Of a stretch of DNA of 64,000 bases, positions 42,942 to 53,822 are shown piece by piece. Within the stretch, counting starts at the first letter, position 1, and every line of letters begins with the position of its first letter. The notes beneath the pieces are model-generated. The model saw nothing but the letters and a program-made list of their open reading frames with translations. It was not told the origin of the DNA and did not search any database. The DNA is taken from NCBI GenBank assembly GCA_965645705.1, contig CBFFWQ010000011.1, forward strand, positions 1-64,000, read 5' to 3'. The position numbers were made by a program, and so were the translations under genes. The stretch comes from an uncultured Lachnospiraceae bacterium. Its GTDB lineage: Bacteria > Bacillota > Clostridia > Lachnospirales > Lachnospiraceae.

Positions 42942-43517
42942 TTAAATTAATATGTATGCTGATACAAATGTCTTGGGTAATGTTTTTCCGTTGTAGCCTT
43001 CCATATGACATTTTGCAAAATCATCTCTGTAATCTTCTATTGTTAATTGCTTAGACCAATCACCATCAGCATAACAATTTTCAAAATCACATCGAAATTT
43101 ATCACCATAACATTTTATAAAAAATCTCGCTACAAAATAATACTGCCAAGGCTCTTCCATCAAATCCCCAATTGGTTCTTCAAATGCTTTCGCCCTGATA
43201 TTAACAACTTCCATTGGAGATTTGCATTTTTTAAATAAATTGTAATAATCATTAACATCTCTATACGGATACGGAAGAATAACACTATTTCTTAATTCCA
43301 TTAAAAGTCTTGCATTCATACCAACTTCGATATAACCTTCATAATTAGCGAGTTTATACTCATAATCATAGCACAAAATTTCACAAATTTCATATAAAGG
43401 ATTATCATCTTCATCAGTACCGATATTTGTAATCTTATACTTATTAAGAATTTCGTTCTCAATTTCTTGATACGTCTTTTCTTTCGTGAAATCTTTCAAT
43501 AGACTTAGATCGATCAT
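42942..43517 (-). CDS. Hypothetical protein, paralog of 60374..60949 (for example LLMELRNSVILPYPY vs LMELRKSCILRLP, and EEPWQYYFVARFFI vs DENWQYWWATRLFI)
   Basis: Intra-window paralogy. Confidence 0.35.
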   Translation of the reverse strand: MIDLSLLKDFTKEKTYQEIENEILNKYKITNIGTDEDDNPLYEICEILCYDYEYKLANYEGYIEVGMNARLLMELRNSVILPYPYRDVNDYYNLFKKCKSPMEVVNIRAKAFEEPIGDLMEEPWQYYFVARFFIKCYGDKFRCDFENCYADGDWSKQLTIEDYRDDFAKCHMEGYNGKTLPKTFVSAYILI

Positions 43518-43794
43518 TACAAAAACGCTCCTTTCTTCCTTACCGTTGTTGCAAAATTATTTTCCTCAGCTGTAATTTTTCGTCTACCATTTTCATCTTA
43601 AATCAAATGAGAAACTACATTACCGTAAACATAAATTTATCCTCTAACTAAAGGCAGGAAGAACTTGGAATGAGCAGAATACTGAATAATAATAATAATA
43701 ATAATATATTCAATTCTACTATTCAAGGTTAAGCACCTTGCCTGCCTTAACAGCTCATTGTAGCTTAATCTCTACACAATCTAAAGCGAAGCAA

Positions 43795-44622
43795 TTAGGA
43801 TACTACTAAATCATAAAGTTCTTTCGGTAAATAATTCCTTAAGAGCTCATCTGCATTTGGAACAGTCTCATGATAAAATTCCTCTGCAATGCCACCACCG
43901 ATTGCACATAGTGTATCCGTGTCGCAACGAATGCTCAGCACATTCCTGAGAAAACTCTCATAATCTTCAGAATCTAAAAAGCATCGAATTGCTACAGGAA
44001 TACTTCCTTGACAAGTTGTATCCCAACCACACTCTCTCCGCATCTCATCTAAAGTCATAGATACTGGATACAAACATGAACTATCTGGATACTGCTTAAG
44101 AGCATACTCCCCAATCTCCTTTTTAGATGCACCTGTCTTTGCCATGAAACCACATACTGCCGTAACCACAGCACCTTTAATACCTTCTGCATGATTATGC
44201 GTACACGCAGCAGAACTTTCTGCATACTGAGATACTGATCCTAATGTATCAAAGAAATCTACAACAGGAGAGACTCTCATGGCAGAACCATTACCGCAAC
44301 TATTGTAAGGTTGCCTGTCACAAGATTTTAACCATTTACTAAAACCGCCGCCATAACTACAATCAGGATACTTAATCCCAAATTCGTAATAAGCATCTGC
44401 AAACGATACGTTATTTTGCAACGCATACTTTGTTGCAATTGTTAAAACGGTATCATCAGTATAAAAACAATCTTTTGCAAATAATTCTACACCTTTCCAA
44501 TCAAGATTCCATGGTCGATTAAATTCCCATTTAGAACCTGTAATGTCACCTAAAATTACACCTATTATTGCCAATGGCAAACACTCCTCTCTGTTCTGAC
44601 CTAAAGGGAAGTCGTAAATCAA
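43795..44622 (-). CDS. ADP-ribosylglycohydrolase (ARH/DraG family)
   Basis: GDITGS, YTDDT, GNGSAMR, HNHAEG and GGGIAEE motifs. Confidence 0.75.
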   Translation of the reverse strand: MIYDFPLGQNREECLPLAIIGVILGDITGSKWEFNRPWNLDWKGVELFAKDCFYTDDTVLTIATKYALQNNVSFADAYYEFGIKYPDCSYGGGFSKWLKSCDRQPYNSCGNGSAMRVSPVVDFFDTLGSVSQYAESSAACTHNHAEGIKGAVVTAVCGFMAKTGASKKEIGEYALKQYPDSSCLYPVSMTLDEMRRECGWDTTCQGSIPVAIRCFLDSEDYESFLRNVLSIRCDTDTLCAIGGGIAEEFYHETVPNADELLRNYLPKELYDLVVS

Positions 44623-45013
44623 AAAATCCTTACTGTCTACGCTCTTCCAGTACTTGGAATAAACTTTCTTTTACATTTGCTATATCACTATACAACGCAT
44701 TTTCTGAATCCATACAATCTTTTCAATAGGTGCTAAATTCAAAATTGCATCTATTTCGTGATATAACTTTTCTAAACGCTCGTATACGCTACTTACCACC
44801 TTTCTTATTTTGGAAACACTATAATAACAGTTTCATTTTATACCTGTTTTCACAAGTAGAATAACAACCAAAAATTCTATGCATAAGCTATAAAATTTTG
44901 CACAAACTAAGTATGCAACAATCTACTTTAAAAAACAATGTGGCAGTTGTGGATCTCACAAAAACTCTCAACCACCCGAGAATAAGATTGCAAATTTTAA
45001 GCCCAACATTAAA

Positions 45014-46333
45014 TTATAACGATTTTACCACCATTGCATTATTGTTTGGCATAATTTTGACTAAAGGAACATTACAATAGGAAGCAAGATGAATAGCCAT
45101 ATCTTTATCTTGTTTTTCTGCATCATACCTAAAGAAAGTACCGACTGGTTCTATTGGATACGTTAATACAATCTCATTACAACGCAATTGAGTACAATTT
45201 AACATAAAAACGTTAAATGGAAAATAACCATCATCATACTCCTCTTCAATAGCCATCAACTCTACAACAGTATCCACGTAAGAATACGCAAAGATAGTAT
45301 TCAAAATACTTTTCGGATCAACTACTGACTGAATTTTTGTATTGGAATCTGTTGCTGTCATCAACTTTACATTATGTGCTTTTGGTAAATAAATAAAACC
45401 CACCTTACGATTATTGTAAGTATACAGATGTGATTCTGTAATAACACTAGTAGAAAATACAGGGTGCTGCGTGGTAATAAAAGGATTGAAATGATCGAAA
45501 GCTTGGATAATAAAAGCATATTTCTCAAGTATCTGAATTTCAGAAATACTTGAATGAAACGATGTTAAATGTTGATACCAATCTTTCATACATAAAGTTT
45601 TTACTTCTCTTTCAAACGATTCAAATTCATTTAGATTTCCTTCTAATTCTTGACACAATACAATAAACTCTTTTACATCAATAACTAAAGTAGGCTTCGA
45701 AAAATCTATTGCATTCTTTATAGTAATTAATGAATTGTGATTAATTTTATCAATAAAATCTGTATACTGCTTTTCTGCAATAGCCATTTTCTTTACAGAA
45801 TAGTCATAATCCGCAAACAAACTTTTATCATAGTATTTTAAAGAATTTCTTATACGTTTAAAGCGAATAGGAAAACTCTTTATTTCTGATTGTAAAACAG
45901 AAAAGTCGTTATCAAAAATCAAATACTCTGTTGCCTGCCTCTGAAGATAAAGTAGCATATCCGCTTTATTTGATTCCATTACAATAGATTTATCTGAAAA
46001 ATTTTCACCACCAACATCAAATGGTACATAGGATTCTAAGTAAATCTTAATATAACCTAAAGGAAGCCATCCAGCGGTATTGGCAACATAATCAGAATAC
46101 CTAACTGCCTTATACAACTTTTCATTATATGTACGAACTTCTGTACGTTCTTCCATTACTTCTTCCTGATCACTAGAAAACTTTCTAACAATAAATGCAA
46201 CAGGAAAATCATTAATAGTTACCTCTTTGACCTCAATTGATGTGCTATCGTACACATTTCTACTGCATAACTTACGATGCCTTTTTGTCGGAAAATACTT
46301 CTCTTCATACCAGTAATTAATTTCAAATACCAT
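45014..46333 (-). CDS. Hypothetical 439-aa protein
   Basis: ORF only. Confidence 0.35.
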   Translation of the reverse strand: MVFEINYWYEEKYFPTKRHRKLCSRNVYDSTSIEVKEVTINDFPVAFIVRKFSSDQEEVMEERTEVRTYNEKLYKAVRYSDYVANTAGWLPLGYIKIYLESYVPFDVGGENFSDKSIVMESNKADMLLYLQRQATEYLIFDNDFSVLQSEIKSFPIRFKRIRNSLKYYDKSLFADYDYSVKKMAIAEKQYTDFIDKINHNSLITIKNAIDFSKPTLVIDVKEFIVLCQELEGNLNEFESFEREVKTLCMKDWYQHLTSFHSSISEIQILEKYAFIIQAFDHFNPFITTQHPVFSTSVITESHLYTYNNRKVGFIYLPKAHNVKLMTATDSNTKIQSVVDPKSILNTIFAYSYVDTVVELMAIEEEYDDGYFPFNVFMLNCTQLRCNEIVLTYPIEPVGTFFRYDAEKQDKDMAIHLASYCNVPLVKIMPNNNAMVVKSL

Positions 46334-46790
46334 AATACGCCTCCTTACTCTAAACCGATTGTATTATTTACAGTTTCATTATTACTTCGATAATTAAAAT
46401 GAGTATAACCTAAAGGACTAACATATCTACTGCCTAAAGGACTTATACTATAATTTTAATTACTGAATAATAGATAAATAACTAACAGACCGCAGAGCTA
46501 TAAATACAGTTTTAATCAAAGGAGACAGAGAAAGAATTTACTCGGGAATTACATTTCTACCAACATAAAAGAAGATGAAATTATAATTATGCTTAAAATC
46601 AAGGACAAGAATTCAGAGCAAAAATTAATGGTTATCAGATTCAGAATACTTCTTATTACTATTATAGCATTAAATGAATTTATACCTATGAGTTATAAGT
46701 CTGCCATTAACTAAAAGACATGATGACTTATTTTAAATGATTGCTCTAAAAATATCAAATAAAGTCTTGCAATTTAAACTTAATTATTGT

Positions 46791-46817
46791 ACTATTATTT
46801 GAGTTTCCCCATTTTTT
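46791..46817. repeat. Left arm of an inverted repeat (22 bp perfect core AAAAAATGGGGAAACTCAAATA in reverse complement) bounding a 1.47-kb non-coding segment
   Basis: Reverse complement matches 48243-48264. Confidence 0.6.
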
Positions 46818-48242
46818 AGGTTTAGGTATCATCAAGCCCCATTTTTAATATGGTTAACAGGAAATTGGCAGCATAAACAGCTTGTTTTCTAAAATAAATC
46901 ATTATCCAAACTTGTTTAGAAAAAAATCTGTTTTAAAAGCATATCCCATTGCAAAAAAAACAAATTTGGAATTTTATAATCCTTTTTGAACATTCAAAAA
47001 TTTGGTCCATTAAACGGCTCCATTATTCAGAAAAAATATTCCCAGATAACCACTCCCAGTGTTGCAAAAAAATTCAGGTTACGTATGATTTAATGACATG
47101 ACACTAAACTTCAAAATAAACTGCTGTTTTAAAAACGGAAGTATCTTCTATCCTCCATCTCATAAGATAAACTTTTGTAACAAAAACACAGCTTTTTCTT
47201 CTGTATGTTCCTGTATTTCCAGTGTAAGCAGCACATTGATTTTTCCCAAAACCATACACTACAACAAGACAAGGCTTTGGGGAATGCACATAATCTTTAC
47301 GTATATAAATTATTTTACAACCTGGATTTTTTTGCCATTTCTGTCTGTAAAACCCCATACAAATTCCCTTTATATTTTTTTTCCACTCCATTATGTTACA
47401 GTTTATTTTTTAAATAATGTTCTGTTTTCCTTACACGTATATAAATTTCCTCCCTTTCAAGAAATACCTTAATAATCTTTTGCATCAAAGCCCCTGTCAA
47501 AGTCCTACGCAGTTTTTTTGAAATTTGCAGACATGTAATCAGCATTTTAAAATTTTCATCTGTTTCACTTAAAAAACCCTTTTCTGCCACTGAAAAACCA
47601 CTTTCATAAACAGCAGTGATTTACTTCCATATAAAACAGCAGCTTCAAATAGAAGGTATCCCTTTTTTATTCACCAGTACTGCCATCCCTTTACACAGAA
47701 AGGGCTTCCATTTTTTTACTGTTATGTTTCCTAAATCAGAAATTACAATTATGATAACAAACTTTTTTCATTAATCTAACAAATTTTTTACAAGCTAATG
47801 GTAAATTTTCTGTTGCCTATATTTTCTTTTGCCATTAAAACAAAGAAAGATTCCTTCATAAAGCCTGTCAACGCGTTTTTTTCCCAGACTCTGTTTTCTT
47901 CAATTGAACGTGCGATTTCACTCAGATTGCACTGCATGCTTCCAGTATTCCATAAACCATATCGGAGAGTATAAATTTTTTGCCGGTATTTCATCCCTTT
48001 TGAAAATTTTTTGCCTGAAATATAAACTCTAGTTTAAAAAACCCTTCTTTTAATTCCCTGCCACCTGTTTATAACTTAAATCCATGCAACCAAAACATCC
48101 TTATTTCCCACACCCTCGTGATTAAATATAACATAAATTGTTTGGCCACGCTAATAATGTTCTAAGCCTTTTTAATATGAAAAATTTTTATTAATAAAAG
48201 TTATATACTACTTATGTCCTTGCTTAAATTACATTTGTAATC

Positions 48243-48272
48243 AAAAAATGGGGAAACTCAAATACTATTATT
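48243..48272. repeat. Right arm of the inverted repeat, followed by the palindrome TTGACTGGACAGTCAA
   Basis: Direct reading matches the reverse complement of the left arm. The palindrome recurs at about 60335. Confidence 0.6.
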
Positions 48273-48347
48273 ATTGACTGGACAGTCAAAAATTCTGAGT
48301 TTGACTCTTCAGTTAATGACAAAAACGTATAAATGAGGTTTACAAAA

Positions 48348-48812
48348 ATGCCTAGAGGAAAAAGAAAATCTAAAGAAGAGGAAGAAAATGTTTCAACTGA
48401 TAAAACTACACCCGTAGAAAAAAGAACTGCAAAACAAATCAAAACTAAAGAGGAATCCCTGCAAGTCGTAGAAGAATCTCTGCAAGTTGCTGATGCTGCA
48501 AGTCATGATAAGCAAATAAACGCAGAAGTAACTAAAGAAACAAAACCAACAAAACCAAAAATGCACAAAAATAGAAAGAAAATAACAACGGAAGACATTT
48601 TATCTGACATAGCAATACAATACGGTGATAACGAGACTTCCGTTTTAGAAATCGTTGAAAAGGTGAAACAAGATTGTAAGAATAAGGGTTACAGAAAACA
48701 AGTTCGTAGAGTTTCTATGTACGTTAAACCAGAAGATGGCAAAGTTTATTATGCCTTAGACGACACTACAGACAGCGTAGAATTATTTGACGAGTCTAAC
48801 CAATCTGAATAA
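48348..48812 (+). CDS. Highly charged K/E-rich protein (MPRGKRKSKEEEE...). The only sizeable plus-strand gene.
   Basis: Start taken at the second ATG, preceded by a GAGG SD. Confidence 0.45.
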   Translation: MPRGKRKSKEEEENVSTDKTTPVEKRTAKQIKTKEESLQVVEESLQVADAASHDKQINAEVTKETKPTKPKMHKNRKKITTEDILSDIAIQYGDNETSVLEIVEKVKQDCKNKGYRKQVRRVSMYVKPEDGKVYYALDDTTDSVELFDESNQSE

Positions 48813-48951
48813 AATGCCTCTAAAACAAAAGGGTAGAGTCAGTAATCAATACCAACTCTACCCCATAGAATGCAACCCTTTTTTCACAATCCTACTTTTA
48901 CTAAAATCAAAGAATGTACCACCGTTAAGTGGAACGTCCTACTGCATAATA

Positions 48952-49671
48952 CTAACTCTTTACGATAGTAACAACTTCTGTAGCACTCCCTAATAATCTC
49001 TGAGAATCTAAATTATAAGCAGATACCGTAATGCTGACGGTATTCTCTCCTTTAGCTAAAGTTACATAAGCATCCCAATACGCAAGATCTCCTGGTTTAA
49101 TAAAAATACTGTTACAAAGTACTTTCTCCCCAGCTGAAAGAGAATACTGTAAATAAAAATCATTCTCTATTGGATTACTTAATTCAATTAGCTTAGACTT
49201 TTTCGACACTTCCAAATTGTTGTAATCAGGTAGCACAATATCCAGCACATCATCACCATCAACCAATTCCGCAATCTTAGCCTTTGTTTTAGAATCCGTA
49301 TCTAAAGTGTAATAATTTTTAGAATCTTTAAATACTACGATCAATACAATAACAAGGCACAAAAGCAATGTTACTGGTACGATTGCTTTCGTTGAATACG
49401 AATAATAATACGAACTTAGTATCGGAACTAGGACTGGATAGCTTCTATAATTTGAAGAACCACCATCTGAAATCGACTTTAGAGCGTGTTCCATCATACC
49501 AACATTCTTACGAATTTCTTCTTTTCTGTCAGTTCTGGTACAATAAAGAAATTCATACTCTGCATTCTTAATACACTCCATTATGACTTCCATTTGCTGT
49601 TCTGCATCCATCACAAGAAATTTTTTAGTCGAAAGAAATTTTTTAACTTTCACAAAACCACCTCTCTGCAA
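48952..49671 (-). CDS. Membrane-anchored hypothetical protein (central TM helix)
   Basis: ORF with hydrophobic segment LLLCLVIVLIVV. Confidence 0.35.
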   Translation of the reverse strand: MQRGGFVKVKKFLSTKKFLVMDAEQQMEVIMECIKNAEYEFLYCTRTDRKEEIRKNVGMMEHALKSISDGGSSNYRSYPVLVPILSSYYYSYSTKAIVPVTLLLCLVIVLIVVFKDSKNYYTLDTDSKTKAKIAELVDGDDVLDIVLPDYNNLEVSKKSKLIELSNPIENDFYLQYSLSAGEKVLCNSIFIKPGDLAYWDAYVTLAKGENTVSITVSAYNLDSQRLLGSATEVVTIVKS

Positions 49672-49909
49672 ATTCTATACTCACTTACTGTTGTAATAAA
49701 AATTGTGCAAAGTACACCTACAAGCTAAAGGGCAGAATAACTTTACTAAGAAAATCCTACTTGGCAAAACTAAAGGCTCGTAGATGCAATTTACACCTTT
49801 GCGTAGCAATTCTGTAATAATTAGCTACCTTATAAATAAGGTATTGATTTTACCTTGTTTCTACACGCTGTAATTTTACAGTTATTAACAACAAAACTAA
49901 AGGGAGAGC

Positions 49910-50551
49910 TTAAACAGTTTCTTCTGGCAATTTCGCCATCTTCTTAAATTCTAAAGATAATCCGTCATTACAATGCTGTAACTCGCACCAGTCTAATTTA
50001 TTAATAATTTCATGCAATCGAATATACTTTCTATCTAATAATTTCTCATGCTTTAAACGTAGTGTCTCTGCTTTACCTTTTAAATCTTCTGCGATTGCAT
50101 TCATTCTTTCATTAAAAATACTCGTTGCAGGAACGCAAATTTCCTCCAAATACGTGTTGATCGTGGTTGATACCTCTGCAGCACTATTCAAACTTTCCAC
50201 TTCCTCGTTATACTTTTGCGTCAAAGAAGCACAATCTTGAAAAACTTTTAAACTGTCGTCTTTAAGTAACTGCTCATAAACAGACAAACTTAGATTATCT
50301 TCTAAGTACACACTGGCTTTTTCTTTAACAAAATAAGTAGTCAGGATACTACTTAATTCATTGAGCCGAATAATTTGCTTAAACTCAAACAACATTGATT
50401 CAACATTCTCATCCAATGAAACTTTGTGACTAAAGATAAATTCTGCTTGTTCAATCCTTTTGTCGATAAAAGAATTCAGATAATCTATCAACCGCTCTAA
50501 ATCTCGCAATGAAATTTCTTTTGTAAATGATGTTTTTAAAATTACTAACAT
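49910..50551 (-). CDS. Hypothetical protein
   Basis: ORF only. Confidence 0.3.
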   Translation of the reverse strand: MLVILKTSFTKEISLRDLERLIDYLNSFIDKRIEQAEFIFSHKVSLDENVESMLFEFKQIIRLNELSSILTTYFVKEKASVYLEDNLSLSVYEQLLKDDSLKVFQDCASLTQKYNEEVESLNSAAEVSTTINTYLEEICVPATSIFNERMNAIAEDLKGKAETLRLKHEKLLDRKYIRLHEIINKLDWCELQHCNDGLSLEFKKMAKLPEETV

Positions 50552-50631
50552 AACAAAAACTCCTTTCTATAAGAATCTAAAGAAATGGTATCAGGAAATG
50601 CCTCTATCCATTTTCACATTGATATCCTTAT

Positions 50632-51117
50632 TTAATTCGCCTTCGCTAATACCGTAACACTGACACAAATTAATAGACTGCAAAGCGTACTTAACATCTG
50701 AGACCTGCCAATCCATTCTGTATAACACCTAGAAAATATATGTAATATTTCAATAACTTCTTTCATAAAGGCAAGAAGATTATCGCTTGCATCGGAATCT
50801 TGCTTCTGTTCTGATACAAAACGTTTTGCACACTGGAATGCCTTATTGAGTTCTTCTTCAATGCCGTAAAACTGACGCATACTTTCCACGCAAATTAACT
50901 GATCACCAAGTTCTTCAATTAAATTTAAAACATCTCCCTTTTGGCGATAATACTTTGAAAGAATTTGAAACAATTCTGATAGCTCTTCCATACAAACTAC
51001 CAGCTTTGTTTCTTTACCAAGTTTCTCGTTTGACTGTTTTATCTTCTCCTTAAATAAAGGATCTCTGATTGTACTTGCTTCCTGATACTCCTTCTTAAAC
51101 AATTCTTTTTCCATCAC
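50632..51117 (-). CDS. MazG-like nucleotide pyrophosphohydrolase-fold protein (putative)
   Basis: EELSELFQ...K...EELGDQLICV resembles the EExxE/ExxD MazG/HisE motifs. Paralog at 52012. Confidence 0.4.
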   Translation of the reverse strand: MMEKELFKKEYQEASTIRDPLFKEKIKQSNEKLGKETKLVVCMEELSELFQILSKYYRQKGDVLNLIEELGDQLICVESMRQFYGIEEELNKAFQCAKRFVSEQKQDSDASDNLLAFMKEVIEILHIFSRCYTEWIGRSQMLSTLCSLLICVSVTVLAKAN

Positions 51118-51259
51118 TAAACACCTGCCTTTCTACACACTCTCAGTAAATTTTAAAACCCTACTTAAAGGAACTAAAGACTGATAGAAATACCAGACTA
51201 TAAACGAAATCCCTTAACACAATAAAAAGACTTCCGCACACTGCTTACAAAAGCAGAAA

Positions 51260-51844
51260 TTACATACACAATACATCTTTGTCCTTTTCCCAAAAATCTC
51301 TTTTTTGCTGCAACAATCGAAAAATTTCATCTTCTGAAAATAAGAAGAAATGATTTAGGTCACACCCAACATTGAGACCAAACGGTTTGAATAATCCTGT
51401 AATGCGATGCGTATGACCAAATAAATTGACATACTCATCTTTGTGATTCGATGGATAATGATTCAGATAAAATGGCTGTGTACGAAGAGTTAAATACAAT
51501 TCTTTGTATACTTCTTTAAATCCAGCACTAACTGCAAATTCTCTAAAATAGGAGAAATTTCCAGCAAAAACCTTGGAAAGAATCCGTTCTTCATTATTCC
51601 CGAGAATTAAGATGGAATTACACTTTATCTGTTTTACGAGATGGATATTTTCCCAAAAAGCGGTCTTTTCCCATTCATTGTAATTAATAAAATCGCCAAC
51701 GTGATAAATTGTATCTGTATCACTTACTTGACAATTAAAATTTTCTATAACACTACTGGCAAATTCTTTTGCCGAACGAAAAGGTCGATGCTCCCTTGCC
51801 AGTATATACTCTCCACCAAAATGGGTATCCGCAATAAAATAATT
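51260..51844 (-). CDS. Metallophosphoesterase (paralog 1)
   Basis: FIADTHFG, GNNE, GHTH. Start trimmed to MNYFIADTHFG with AAAGGA SD. Confidence 0.6.
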   Translation of the reverse strand, partial: NYFIADTHFGGEYILAREHRPFRSAKEFASSVIENFNCQVSDTDTIYHVGDFINYNEWEKTAFWENIHLVKQIKCNSILILGNNEERILSKVFAGNFSYFREFAVSAGFKEVYKELYLTLRTQPFYLNHYPSNHKDEYVNLFGHTHRITGLFKPFGLNVGCDLNHFFLFSEDEIFRLLQQKRDFWEKDKDVLCM

Positions 51845-52011
51845 CATAAAATTCCTTTCTACACTCAAACTATAGAAACTATAATAGAAGATTTTGCTGA
51901 CACTTGAAGATTGCAAATCTAAAGGATTGTATAGAAATAAAATTAGGAACTGTTACAGGACTCCGTCCTGCAGCAATCCCTACAAAAAATACTGTACGCT
52001 ATAAAAATGGA

Positions 52012-52335
52012 TTATTTTACTTTTGTATTAAAAGCTTTATTTAATTCACCATCAATAATGTCATAAAATTGGCACAAACTGTCTATACAAACCAATAAAC
52101 TACTACGCACAAATACCATCTGTTCTTTACTAAATTCTTCTATAAAATGCTCGGAAAGGTCATTCACTATTTCCGATACTTCTCTTATATGCAATACAAG
52201 ACTTTTCTCCGAATTCTGTAATTGTTGTGCTGGTACAACAGAACGTTTTGCACTTTGGAATGCTTTCTCAATCTTTTCTTCTGAAATACTATAATGTTGT
52301 CTTAAAATTTCAATACAAACTAAAGAATCGCACAA
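52012..52335 (-). CDS. MazG-like paralog (shorter)
   Basis: ILRQHYSISEEKIEKAFQSAKR matches MRQFYGIEEELNKAFQCAKR of 50632. Confidence 0.35.
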   Translation of the reverse strand: MCDSLVCIEILRQHYSISEEKIEKAFQSAKRSVVPAQQLQNSEKSLVLHIREVSEIVNDLSEHFIEEFSKEQMVFVRSSLLVCIDSLCQFYDIIDGELNKAFNTKVK

Positions 52336-52479
52336 TTCTTCTATGCACGCAACTAATTTTATTTCTGTATCAAACCGTGCATAAGATTGTTGTATCTTCT
52401 TTTGAACAAAGGATCTCTGATCTCACTTGCCTCTTGATACTGTTTTTTAAATAATTCTCTTTCCATAATCTAAAGTCTC

Positions 52480-53053
52480 CTATAACTCAATTTTTTCTAT
52501 ACTTTGCTTAAATACAAAGTTATTTTTCTCTAATTCCTTCAAAGTTACAGGTGCATAACCATTAATAACCACACCACAATTTAGAGCCTTATCTAAAGTC
52601 CTCATAAACTGAAATGTAACATTTGTGCTATTATGAATATGTCCATACACATGATAAGTTCCATGATACATCCATTCCACTCAGCTAAAGGATAATGACA
52701 AACGCAAATATTTCTACCGTCATCTCTTACATGACACATCTTGTCCACGCCTTCAAAACAACTCATAGCAGCAGCATCTTCTAAAAGCTTACCATCGTGA
52801 TTACCGATAATAAGATACTTTTACCTTTTAACTGTTTTAAGTACCATTCAAAAGGTTTCGTGTTTCTGTAAACAAAATCGCCTACTACATACACCGAATC
52901 CTTATTATTTACTTTCTTATCCCATAATTCAATAAGTATACGATCCATCTCTTCTACGGAACTAGAGGGTCTATTATCAAACTTAATTACACTCTGATGA
53001 CCAAAATGAAGATCTGCAACATAATAAATCATATCCATGAATCTACCTTTCAC
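52480..53053 (-). pseudogene. Metallophosphoesterase paralog decayed into two ORFs (52781..53053 with DLHFGH and 52480..52680 with GHIHN)
   Basis: N- and C-terminal MPE motifs lie in different frames. Confidence 0.45.
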
Positions 53054-53369
53054 AAAAGCTGTACTGCTTCATACAAGACTGTATGCTTACTGTCCAAATT
53101 TTCATTAAAATGATAATGCCCAAAATACCAATGATTATACTGCAATCTCTGCTCTAGCCATGAAAATAATTCGTCAATCTATCTGGAACATTATGGTAAG
53201 AAATACTTCCACGACTATACAGTATTCCCACAATCAAGTTTTGTGCTTCACTGGAAGCACAATGCGTAATTACATAATCTACACAATAATCAACTTTCTC
53301 CAGATTCTTCCTACCTTCCTGCATTTTCCTCCTCTGTCGGTAATTCCTCTTTCCACCAAGAGAAATGCT

Positions 53370-53822
53370 TCACTCGATACGGTAGTCTTTCCTATTTGCT
53401 TTCTTAACAAGATCAAAGTAATTCGGATCATCTCTATCCAGAATACCACCTTGCACGTCACCACTTTTAGCACCGCCAAATGTAAAGAAAGTCTTTCCGT
53501 CAATCGAAAAAACTTGACCTCTTTCCAACAAAATAATATTAGGAAGAATTTTTCGCACCTTTTCACCATTCCATTCTTCTACTGGATACTCTGCAATTAA
53601 ATCATAATTCTCATGATTTCCTTGCACCCACAAAATAGTGAAAGGAAGTCTTGACATCCAATCCAAATTATATTCTAATTCTTTATCCTTTACCCAAAGT
53701 AAACTAAAGTCACCACAGACAATTATAAAATCTCCTTTGTCTGACTCTGCCTGTACTCTCCATCGGCTCTTCTTTGTAAAGCGACTAAAACTGCCATGTG
53801 TGTCACCTGTAACATAAATCAT
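53370..53822 (-). CDS. Metallophosphoesterase (paralog 3, 150 aa)
   Basis: YVTGDTHG, CGDF, GNHE. Confidence 0.5.
   Translation of the reverse strand: MIYVTGDTHGSFSRFTKKSRWRVQAESDKGDFIIVCGDFSLLWVKDKELEYNLDWMSRLPFTILWVQGNHENYDLIAEYPVEEWNGEKVRKILPNIILLERGQVFSIDGKTFFTFGGAKSGDVQGGILDRDDPNYFDLVKKANRKDYRIE

Noticed and set aside
47098-47590. ORFs 47098..47472 (+) and 47104..47590 (-) inside the IR-bounded segment
   Set aside because: Mutually overlapping, low-complexity (F/L/Y/K-rich), no SD. More likely a decayed remnant than live genes. The segment itself is kept as a finding.
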